Part shown: one piece after another, positions 1 through 12,600 of the stretch
Layout of the letters: each line of letters begins with the position of its first letter
How positions within the stretch are numbered: the first letter of the stretch is position 1
Assembly (NCBI RefSeq): GCF_000150275.1
Contig: NW_002060943.1
Span: 11,408,878-11,472,877 of the forward strand
Origin: Trichoplax adhaerens
Lineage: Eukaryota > Animalia > Placozoa
Reading direction: 5' to 3'
Length of the DNA: 64,000 nucleotides
Made by a program: the position numbers and the translations under genes
The notes under the pieces: generated by a model
Databases searched by the model: none
Told to the model about the DNA's origin: nothing
The model's input: only the letters and a program-made list of their open reading frames with translations

Positions 1-1731
1 TAAATATCTTGCCCTGTGCAAAGCAATAGTGTAATACAACTGCATCTCACCAATGGGCTAACATAAAAGGAATTGATCCATATAATGCCATAGGATTATC
101 GATCTCATATTCAAATACATCCAAGTTATACAATCGATAAGGATCGCCACCACTAGAAGTATACAAATAATGAAATGTTCTTCAATTACGGCAATTTATA
201 CCTATTACTCATGAGGATATTGGAACAATCTGTAAGGGCACTATATGGAAAATAAATGTAATTTAATACACTGCATATGCATTAACGTACGAGGTCGATT
301 TCAGCGCTAGGCTATCTGCATGTTCAGGAATTCCATATACGTGTTCGACTCCAGGAAATGAAAAATCCAAACCTACTGAACTGGGACCTAATCAAAGTAT
401 AAATTAAGATATCGTGAGTTTTGGTACGATTATCAGTTATTATTATGACGGCAAACGATAACTAGCAGATGCCATAAGCGTCAGTATAAAAGCTAAAATG
501 ATGTAGAATAGCATTTACCCTTCGGTTTTGAATCTGAATGGCTTTTAAAAGTTTCCTCCCACAATCCTTTCAATTCTTCATCTCTTTGGCCAACTTTATC
601 GGCCAGATTCTCATCTACAGCGGGGACGTCCTCAGTTTCACTTGAAACTTGATTTACTGCCTCACTATTTTCACTACCTTCCTTAGTGCTTTCATCAGCT
701 GGTTTACTCTCCTCCTGAAATGCCCTTAGTGCATGAACATAGATTTAATAATCATTATTATTTGCCTTATACGATCTGTCTAAAAATAATATGATTTTTG
801 CAGATTTGCATGACGTAAAAAGTAGATTAGTATTAGCAATTGACACAAGCGCTACAGATTGGGAATACTCGTATGAACGATTATTTACTAACGGTATCAT
901 CAATTTCATAATGTACTTACTGCTTTTTTCTATAGTTTTCAAAGTTCATTAAACCACGAGAGTTGACACTTATGACCAAAGTGTTATTAACGAGAAAATC
1001 GATTCTGAAGGGTTTCAGTGTCAAAATAAGTTGTTTATCTCTGAAATTAAGCTGGATACCCTGATCATCGCGATTAGCCAAGACCCCGCTGTTAGGATGA
1101 AAGATATAATTTTAGTTATTAAACTGCTTATACGTATACTGTAATTAATACTCGTGACGTAGTAATATAATTTTAATATAAGTTCATTACCAGAACTATT
1201 AAAGAAAAATAGCTAATACTATAACGATGCATCACGTAAACGTCATTTACAGACAATTACTTACGTCTCTTCGTCCGGTTCTTTAATTAGAATATCTTCT
1301 ACTTCGTATCTCGGATACATAGGATTCTTTTCCTTGATCCTTAATCTAGCCTTACCATTACGTAATACAGCAACAGTAGCTGCTAAAAGAGCATCATTTG
1401 CCTGGTTTTTTATATCGAAGCTTATTTTAGATCCCTGAATGCTAATTGAATCATCTACAACATTGTATGGAGATTGATTAGGGCTAATTTCTCTGTTGCG
1501 TCTATTGGAAAAATGAGTAAGCATTTAAGTTCACGCTTTCGTTAGTCTTTACGATACAAGCAAAAATTGCAACAGCTCAATATCTTTATTCGGTTCTTAC
1601 TTGCAAAAACTACTATCGTTGCACGTTTTGAAATTGCTCCGATCTACTCCATTAACAGCAATGATTACAATAGCGGTAACCAATAATAACCTTAATTTAG
1701 AATTTAGACACAGAAAAAATAAAGATTGCAT
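1..1731 (-). CDS. GANAB: Glucosidase II alpha subunit (GH31, GANAB/GANC family), 5' part; continues past the window start
   Basis: Spliced minus-strand translation gives a hydrophobic signal peptide followed by [17 protein letters not shown] (exon 1731-1601), then RLRIKE..PRYEV (1501-1265), [47 protein letters not shown] and [27 protein letters not shown], with GT-AG introns. The ATG at 1731 is the nearest in-frame one and is not proven. Confidence 0.93.
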
Positions 1732-4700
1732 TATTATTTATATTTTTTCATACGAAATTCGTAACTCCTATTCCTGTTGAGATCGGGACAAAGTTCGATT
1801 GTGAGCTCATATATAGCATAATAAGATTTCCAGCCCATACCATGAATTACAGACAGTTATTGCGTAAGACTGGGTTTTAAGTAAAGTTTGTGCAGAATAT
1901 GGTGTGAATTGATACATAGGAATTTTGATAATTCTAATAGTTATATACCCGTGGAAATGTCATTTCATCAGTTAATAAATGCTATAAGCGTATTTACTAC
2001 AGAGTCTACATCGTTAAAATCAACTTAAAGGCTGAAAGAAGAAATTGATGTCATTGTTTGAGTAACTAATGGGGCTAGCCGAAGTTTATATTTGACATAC
2101 GATCATTTATGTTCAAATTTAATGATTTAAGAAGCATTGTAACATTGAAGTATATTGTACGAGTATTTGATGTACTATGGCTGCAAAATTTCGCGCCAAG
2201 TAAACGAATGTAGTGCTGTTTTGGTGAATAGTAAATACACTATGAAAGGCTGCGTGCAATTTAGCGATTTCAGCTTGTATGTTGTCTAAATTTGTTGGAA
2301 TGTAAATTTAGTCAGTAGTTATAGTTAGCAATGATTCAATTAATTCATTTTAGTGGTGGAAGTTGTACACTGGAATCACTAAGTAAAATTCGGCCTTGAT
2401 ATAAAACTTCAAAAAATTATAGAGATTGCGTGTTTGTATACAGCACTACTTTCCAGTTGAATGGTAGTGGTAGTTGTACCTTATATCATTAATTAATTCA
2501 TTACTAGTATAACGCGTATACTACTCTACATATGATAAGTGCAATTCTAATACTGTACGCGTATATACCAGAACATAATTCAGATGTGCATGTAATATGC
2601 TCAGTCGGGGAAGTATCGTCAGCGAATTATAACGAGCGAGGGATATCTATGTCACGGTCAATGTCGCGATATGTTCAAAGAACTACAGGAAGTATTGCCT
2701 GATGAAAAGTTACTGCATACGTGAAGTTTGCACAGCTTATGCAACATTTATTGTGACATTCATCATATGCATGAACCTGAAAGCAAAGTCTGCAACTTTT
2801 ATATTAAAATGTGCTAGATTTTCAGGGTATATATTAATTTATCTATAAAATGACACATGAATACAGTGTACAGTACTGCAGTAGTACGCATATATGGGTT
2901 ATCAAGGCCGAGCACATGTATATTCGACAATGGCTATAGATAGCTTGTGATAGAAGAGCGGCAAAGCATAGACTACAAGAGCATACAAGTATGACGGTGA
3001 ACGGCTAAGCTACAATCACAAGCAGAAAATTCTTCGATCTGAGCTAGATTAAGTTAATGTACAGTAAAATATGCATTACCAATTTCAATCTAATTTATTA
3101 AGGATGGAATGATAACACATCATACCTTATCCCATACTGTAAGTATTCACTAAATACGTCCATTAAGCCACTTGACTTAATTCATGATCAGAAACAACGG
3201 CAGCCTAAGTGTGTGTCTGCCCAATACAAGTTTACACTCTTTCTGACAAAGATACCAATATAGTAGACAATAAACACATAAAGTTTAATTAAAAAATAAT
3301 AATTGAATACAACTACAGTATACGTACGTTAATCTGATCTTAATGATGCTATCTAGCACTGCATAGCACGTCTTGATGTTGATGTGCATGCCTTCAATAT
3401 TTATCAATTGACCGAGCTCTGCAAATTTGTGAAGGCAAGAAGTAGTCTTTACGCTCGCTATTCTAAAGCGGTAAACTGAGTAGCGACGTTATGTTTAACG
3501 GATACCGACTGATACCTTTATCAATCGGAGCTTGAAATAAACAGTAAGATTACAATATCAGTAGATGCCTTAAAATTCTGGCTTAATTCTACCTATTTAT
3601 AATTCATCATTATGGCCTAATTGTATTATTAATTGATCCATGTCTTCTCTCAGGCAATCAACGTAGTTACCTACGTCAATTAATTAGCTCCAATATGACA
3701 GTACCACACACACATACGAGACCCTAGTTTGCTTGTTAGTCCTGATACTGTACAGCGACGTTAGCGTTCAATCACACTGTAAATCTCATAATATATCTCA
3801 GAAGTTTTGAATAAAGCTGGTAATCATAGCAAATTGTGGTAAGAAATGGTCTTCAACGTGATGAATAATCACGATGTATAGTCGATTAATATTGATTTAA
3901 GAATGGTTTTAAGTTAATTGACTACAAATGCTGTTACGGTCAATCTATAATCTGTGTGCAAACGTTGTAATTGAATTTAAATCGCAGTCTACCAACGGGA
4001 CGCGGTTGCTGCATGCTAGCATTACATCTACCAATCCATCGATAGAAATGGATAGTAATAGTGTTGCTTTAATATTGATCACTAAAAATTGACTTAAAAT
4101 GATAGCTTCATGTTTACCTCATTGCTTTATGATAGGGCATGATGGCTTTCATCTCTCTTACAGCGTTGCTTTACTAAAACGTTCCCACTTAGAACATGAA
4201 GGAAGATCCAAACTGTAGCTTATTTTAGTCAGTACCGTCGCGGTACAATACACATACAGTGTAGGAAACTATCGTGGTTGAAGTGGATACTGTACTGTAT
4301 GGCTTCTACTGGTTGAAGCGTTCACGTCATTCCTTCAACAAGTCCCTGATAGACTGATTGATAGACAGTGTCGTCCGTCCAGTTGTCTGGCTATCTGCAG
4401 CAATGAACATTGAACACGTATGCAGGGTGGCATGAACGCTTATGCGTTTGCGCAGTGAGGAAGCTTCCAGGCGGTACATCAAGGAGATCGAAGAAAAGAA
4501 AAACAACCTGCTCGAGTCGACTCGAGTTGGTCAGAACGAGTCAGAACTGTCGCCAGTAATGACTGTAACCAATTTGAATAAGCAGTCAGTTTAGATAGGT
4601 TTATTTTATAAAATGTATATTAAATTTATGAGTTTCTGTATCAGTGGATATCTTCTATATGCAGCAACTATCAACATTGGCAATGACAAATCTTTTCACA

Positions 4701-7700
4701 TTGTCCGTCTGGTTTATAATGAACTAAATATTACATTAGTGTTCTATGGATTTGTATAGAACCATAGCTGCATCACTGGTAGTACAGTAAACTAACGCAA
4801 TAGCAGTCAGTGATTAGTGAGTGACTGCCGCTACGAAGTAGGCTGTTATTGCTGTTTTGCATTGCAGTATTTCATCGATAAATATGATATTCTGTATGTC
4901 TGTATGGCTGCTGTATAAACTGTAAGGAATATCCACGACGCTAAGAATGCTCGAGGCCTTGGAGAAACTCCTACTAAAAGTAACAGCAGGGATTTCTACC
5001 AAAGCCACAAGTTACAGGGCTTTCAACTGCGCATGTACAGACACTATTCTTCACATCAAGGTTACACTTGGTTACATTAACGGGTATAATAGTGATGGGA
5101 TACTATGTACTGTATAGTACTGGACAATGCACATCATGTTGCACTATCAGTAATCAGCACAGTACTGTACTGAGTATGACTAGGCGTGTGGAGCCTCGTT
5201 ATGTCAACTAAATAGCTAGCTATTGTCTTATATTCATGACGTCATATCATTGAATGAAGTAACTCTTATTGTTATTGAACAAATGCAAAACAATAGATCG
5301 ATTGTATGAATTGATCCGAATCCGTCAATACAATCACAGCAAGCGTTTAGGCAGTCTACGACTAAGAATGAAATTAAAGCAGCGTCCCCAAGCTTCATTA
5401 CGTTTCAAGAAATAATCTCTTCTTTTATCTACCGAACTTACTTCATTTCCTCCAGGTAAGACTGAATTTTTCAACTTATTCTACCGCTTGATATTTTGTA
5501 TTGGATAGGATTAACGTAAAATGGCATCATTAGTTGTGTATAACTTGGATATCGCGTTGACATCATTACTTATTCTCCCAAAATCAAGTAGGCGTTAATA
5601 TTTTTTATTATTACCTTGTTTCTTCCTCTGTGAGCGTTCTATGTTATTACCGTAAATTAGCCACCTTTTTCCCCTTTTGCTATACTGTAGCTTAAAATGG
5701 ATAAAAATATCTCCCTGATTTAGCACGATCTTCAATCATCTTGTCAAATTGATAATCTACTGTATTTTAAATACCATGCAATGGAGTATTACACGTAAAC
5801 GTTACATCGCTAATATTAGAAAGAGCGTAGTTGATATCGTATCCAGTTCTAAAGCTGTTGTAGGTGTATCATTTGAAATCAAATACTCGCATTTATACTT
5901 GTAGTGTCGTGAAGAGGGAAAAAATACAATATGGTGCAAGATTAGCATGATTTAGAATTCTTTTCACTAATTTCCTACACCAACCCTATCGATCATGTAT
6001 TGTTGCTATTACTCGTATTCATGTAAATTCAAATTTCGAAGAACAAACACACTAGTTTATTATCGATTTACCTTCATATTAGCCGTAAACTTTTTGACGA
6101 GGTTCTAAATTGCTATTGATAATTATAAAATTGTAATCTATTATTACAAGTACTCAAAAAATTAACATCACGATTGGATCAAATTCATACTCTTCGCTAT
6201 GATACTTTACTACAAGTCTGTATTTTATGGCCGCACTTGATAATTCTACAAAAAGTAGTTGCGTATGTTATCGACGATTGCAGAAAGCGTATACAGTACA
6301 ATATAAAGCTGCATTCACGTTCTGCTGAGGTAGAGGAGAAAGGTGTGGCCATCCTTTCTATTTCTTATTTTAGCATTGCTTCACTTGACTGTAGACTGTG
6401 TGGTGGTGCTAATGTATAAGTCACCAAGCATCACGGCATTATGAAAAGTAGCATTAAAGTACAGTATAGTATGTTAAATCAAGATATTAATGGAAAGGTG
6501 ACTTAATCAGCAGCAAACTCATACAAACTTGGGTCAATGTTTACACACCTTCTACGCGTATACTAGCACTACATGTAATGTACTTTGTATCACGTAGATT
6601 TAATTACTATAGGCCGTTATTTATTATTTTTTGGTTACTTTACATCTATCTATCTTGCCAATCAGTTGAAGTGAATAGACTAATATCGACGATTTGTATG
6701 GCCAAATAACGAGTACAGTCTTATTTACTGTTAAAACTAAGTTTGATTGAAATTGAGATCAATCGAGCGGGCGACTAGATGGAGTATTATTGGCGTTTGA
6801 TTGGTGTTGCGATAGGGTATTTGTATATTACTATTAACGAATTGGCTAATTTTTTCGAGCATATAACCGTGGTTGATAGCGCGGGTTAGCCCCAAAGCGA
6901 CAAGAAGCATTTTAACCAGCTTAGTAACAGCGGGATTCCTCACTGTTAAAATAGAAAGTCCTAAGAGATTACTCTCTCAGTGCATGTCGTGCACGCGAGA
7001 TGCCAACTAGTGAAAATTCACCGTACAGTGCGTACAGTACAGTACTACAGTCGCTTTGGCATATGAAATCCAGACTAAGTTAGTTTGCAATGCGAATGAC
7101 TGGTACTCTTTATTTTATTTTGATCCTATTTCACAGATACAAATCGTATCCAATTTCTGTATCTGATTGGATCTCATTTTATTCCAATTAGCAGTATTTT
7201 TATTGATTGGTTTCATCGAGTTTTTTCCTGGCTCTCCGATCTTGCAGTCCTAGGTAATGGCGGTAGTATTAAAGAGCCACGGTACATACTGTACAGTGTA
7301 CAGTACAGTAACTACAGTATAAAAGACATTCAGAAAAACCGGTTAACAGGTTATACTGTACTGCTTCATACTGCACTTTCAGTACGGCACGGTACGGCAC
7401 GATACGGTACTATAAAACAAAACAAAGAAAAGCTTGATTAAACTGCCTTGACAGGGGTCGCTAACCATAGGGTCTTATTACCCCCCCCCCCTTTTGGCTT
7501 CCATGCAAAAAATATCTTCTACTTTACTTTTGGAGCAATATGCACTTGTGTAGTCCCTCGAGAGACTCTTACCGCATGGAAGACACTGTAGTAAATACAT
7601 TAAGACTTATCCCAAGTTTAAAAGAATTGGTCATTCTGCGCAAGCTATCATGCGTCTAGCATCGTTATAAAATACCTTCGTTACAGTCCATCGAAATGAA

Positions 7701-9637
7701 GAAGTTATTACAGTAATTCAATATTTTAAAAATTAAAATTGATTGACCGAGTGTTATCCAACCTTAATGCTATTATGTACGCTAGCGATGACATCACGCC
7801 AAAACAAATCCCATCGCTTGCAATCGACCAACCCAACAAATCACTGTGGGCAAGAACAACACATCATATTGATGTTATTCGCCTTTCCCACTGCCGAGAG
7901 TAAAAATACTCGATGCGTATGGTGCAGATAATATCAGACATGATCACCGATAGTTTGAAGGTCATGATCGAGTAGTTTAAGATGATACTGGACCATGGAC
8001 TACTACTAGGTATCAAGTAGCTTGTAATAATAAATACAGTATTCTCCATTCGTTCTTAGTAAAACAACATTAAACTGAGCTAACAGTGTACAAGCTGACT
8101 GAGGAAAAAGTATGCGACAATTCTAGTATTACAGGATAGCGAGGTCAATATATATATATAGTACAGCAGTACGGCAATCATGACTGATGTGCCTCAGCTA
8201 GATGCGTCTTTATAACTGACTGTAATCGTTGCAAGTAGTCATTAAAATTGAATTCTACCTTGGTGATCACTTCAGAGATTGTCTAGAGACCAGCGATAAC
8301 CTGATAGATCATGGTAAAGATATTATTCAAGACATACAAGTACTGCCCATTGCACATTAGCAAACTTGGGCCATAATATGATACAAACTAAACGCTACTG
8401 TAGGAGATTATAGCTGTCCTAATTTTACTTCAATTCTACCAACTTCATTCTGCTATTTGCACATCGATCATGTCTCTCTCTCTATTCATCGTACAAGGTG
8501 TAACAATGTATTCACAGTTTATTTCATTTTTGGGACTAGGTGATCCAAAAAATCACAAATTGACCTACAGAAGGCTAAAATTGGCGTTGTTTTCGTTTTT
8601 TCTATTTTTTCCATCCAATACACTAGGTAGATGCTAAGCTACTGCACTGTACTGTATATGATAGATGTAGTAATACAACTGCGATATGCCCATATGTTGA
8701 ACGGCATTAGCCGAGGGACGATAGTATTTCAATACATTACTTTGTAGGAATTAATTTCATTGTTTGCAACAAGATTTCTCAATCAGATCGTTTGAAACAA
8801 TCAATCCGATCATGACAATTGCCCTTTATTGTTACAAAATTAAATTAATTTAACTAAAAAACAATTCATGAGCCTGAAAGGTCGCTGTAGATACAGTACT
8901 TCCTAAAGTCGTTTACTATCTCACTATCTACTGTATTTAATTGATTTTGTTTACGGAGTGCATTTGAACCAACTTGCAATGGATAGCAAATACAGTAGGT
9001 GTAAATTGATTATAGCTCTAAAATACCATTCTACTTCATAAAGAACAGTATCACTAATGGTAGCTACGTAACGTGGAATTACTCGCGATATCAAAGTTCT
9101 TACAGTTTCAGCTAATACAAACGATTAATGCTCCTCTTGTTGATGTGAAATTATAAATATACCTTACACTTCAATGTATCTAGACTGTACTGTAGGCAAT
9201 GCCAGGTAATATAAGTGTCAAAATTTGGAAATTATCTTTCAACAACTATTGTAAGATGAATCATATCTTGCAATTTATACTCGTATGGAACGCTTTACGT
9301 ACCAGTAACATCGAGTCGTGTGTACATGAATTCAATTCAATAGCCGTCAAAAGTCAAGAATATTCTTTCACGGAATTCAAATTGTTAAAGTTACAGTATG
9401 AAAGTACAAATTATTAAATAATGTCAACAATAGTAGATTATAAAATACATGAAACTTCCAGGCATACATTAATATTAGACCACTAAGGCTTTTCTTTTCC
9501 CTCTTTCTCGTCTTACATAAATAGATACTGCATTTCTTAAGCATCTGGATTATATCAATGAATACATCAACTGTTTCTTTAAATAATCAATTTTTCCATA
9601 TTACTAGATTCAACTTGGTTCTAGTTCGACTGCCACT

Positions 9638-12600
9638 ATGACTTCTCCAAGCGGTACTGTCAAGAAATACCTCAATCAGGATTACCAGAAAATTAAGCTG
9701 GATTGCTTAAATAACGGACAACTATTCGAAGATCCAACATTTCCTCCTACTGATGCCACGCTATTTTTCAGTCAAAAACCACCGCGTCGATTTGTATGGA
9801 AAAGACCAGGAGTAAGTTGAGATTTATATCACAATTGATTTAAGCCATAGAAATTGCAAAACAATCGATAAAATACCTCTGTGCTGGGTAAACTTATAGC
9901 CATTCTATATTGTCCCTACATAAGTAAAACAGCCATGGATGCATAAGCCATAATACTTCAAGTTTCATTTCAGCTGTTAGATAATCGGTGATATACCGTA
10001 GATAGCTATTGACTATATTAACTGTATTATTGTTAAAACTCACTATCTACTGTATCAGATATATACTATGGTCTAGACCTGGCATTTATTTTTCCAACTT
10101 AGTGAGTATCACTTTTTCAACGTTGCAATACTAGTTAGCACGTAGGGTTAATAGCATATCACTAAAGAGTTCGTTTCCTCATAAACATATTTATCTCTAT
10201 GAATAGCTCTAATTCGACCTAATTAAAAGATACATCATTGCATTTTTCTATATATTTTTAATTACTAATTCAGCACGCTATGTGAAGATTGAGGGTTTAT
10301 ATTGTCAATTCTATTTTCATATTAAACATGTGTTCTTTACTAAACATATGAAACGATATTTTTACGATACGTGATTGACTACAATAATATAATATACTGT
10401 ACTTCTTTCAATCTTGCATACGGTTGTTACCGGTATCATACTAAATACTTGCAATGATAAGCTACAGTATACTAATATGGAATTTGTCTGATAACAATAG
10501 GAATTGAGCAAAAATCCCAAATTGTTTGTCGATGGTGCAAGTCGTCTTGATATTTGTCAAGGAATGTTGGGCGACTGCTGGTTCTTAGCTGCTATTTCAT
10601 CATTGGCAGGTGAAAAATCATTGCTCTATCGTGTTGTACCACCGGATCAATCTTTTAGTAGGAATTATGCCGGCATATTTCACTTCCAGTTTTGGAGATT
10701 TGGTCAATGGACTGATGTGATTATTGATGATCTCCTGCCAACATATAATGGCAGATTAATTTTTGTACACTCTGCTGATACGAATGAATACTGGAGTGCG
10801 CTATTAGAAAAAGCTTACGCTAAGTGAGTTAGCAATATAACCCATCTTTCTCTGTGTGAATTACCTTTTCTTTATTATAATTATAATTAACGTTTATTAA
10901 TTTATAATTGTTAATCTATGATGTATTAAGATCATCACGTAAATACAATATACGCGTATTAATAATTGCAATCATGCTACAATATTCCTGTTTATAAATT
11001 GCAAAAGATATTATCGATTGAATGAATTTATTTCTAAACTTTTTGACTTTAATCTATACTTTTTCATGTATCACCGCATAGGTTGGCTGGTAGTTACGAA
11101 GCCTTGAAAGGTGGTCATAGCTCTGAAGCCTTAGAAGATTTTACCGGTGGTGTAACAGAAGTTATTGACCTGAAAAAACCTCCAAATAACTTGTTTGATC
11201 AAATTCTGAAATCTTTTGAGCGTCATTCATTAATGGGTTGTTCTATTGAGGTAAGAAATCTTGCTAAGTGTGATTCCTAGCGTAATTGTAAGCAAAAACA
11301 TTGTGTAATCCTAACTGTTATATCTCGGTAGCTCCAGTAGATTTACTATTAATTTAGGACTTAAACCATTTGGAACTATCGTAAACTCTTGTTTACACTA
11401 GGTTTTAGTATTTAATCGCCGTCTTTAGAAATTCATGAACATTTATGACTCTATCTTGCAGGCATCTCCTAATCAGATTGAGCACAAGCTAGATAACGGA
11501 TTGGTTATGGGACATGCTTATAGTGTCTCGAAAGCTGTTCGGGTATAGATAAGTCTTGATAATTGTCATTAGTTATTACAGTAGCAATTGATACTAATTA
11601 CTTTTAAGTACCGCAACTAAGGTATACCTATTTGCGATAGGTTAAAGTTCGTGGTAGAATTGAGGAAGATCTTATCAGAATTCGAAATCCTTGGGGTAAT
11701 GAGAAAGAATGGCGAGGAGCTTGGGGAGATGGGTAATAATCTCACGCAAAATTTACCCTTTAAATTCATACTTCTATATGTGTGCCATCCATTCTTGATA
11801 ACACCCACAGCTATGAGACTTTTCCGAAATTATGCATAATAATATTACAATATACGAGTATTGCTGTATAAATGTGCTTTAGTTATCTGCAGCAGTAACA
11901 TTTATGAATTATGGAAAAGTTTTCAAATTGTACAGCTGATTTCAACAAACTGAAAACTTAATATAAATTTAGTGATTATTTTACTGTTACTAAGATTGCC
12001 TAATGGATTTGACTGCTACTTTTATTTCTGTCTTCCTTGGTCTTATCTTGTTTTATACTCACTTCTATCCAATGTTAGCTCACCGGAATGGAAGACTATT
12101 TCGGAAGCAGAGAAAGCAAAGATGGAATTGTCATTCGATGATGATGGAGAATTTTGGTAAATATGCAATGAATTTTTATTATATATATTATCTACAGTTA
12201 ATATTAATGAGATTACGACTGAATACCATATATCATAGAATATACTATATATCAATCTTTCAATATATTTAAATAGCTTTGAAGCATATCCAGCGTAGAA
12301 GTATTATCATATTTCTCATTTTCTCTAGGATGGCATTTAAAGACTTCTGTGCAGAGTTCTCAACTTTGGAAATTTGCATGTTATCACCTGACAGTGCTGT
12401 TGATAGTCGAAGTAGCAAAAAAAGATGGCAGATGCAAAAGCATAACGGCGCCTGGCAAAAAGGCGTATCTGCTGGCGGCTGTCGTAATTATCCTGATACA
12501 TTTCATTATAACCCTCAAGTTGCCGTAGAAATTACGGTCAGTAGTATGAGAATAAATAATTATGTGCGCAGATTTAGATACCAAGTAATCTTATCATTTT

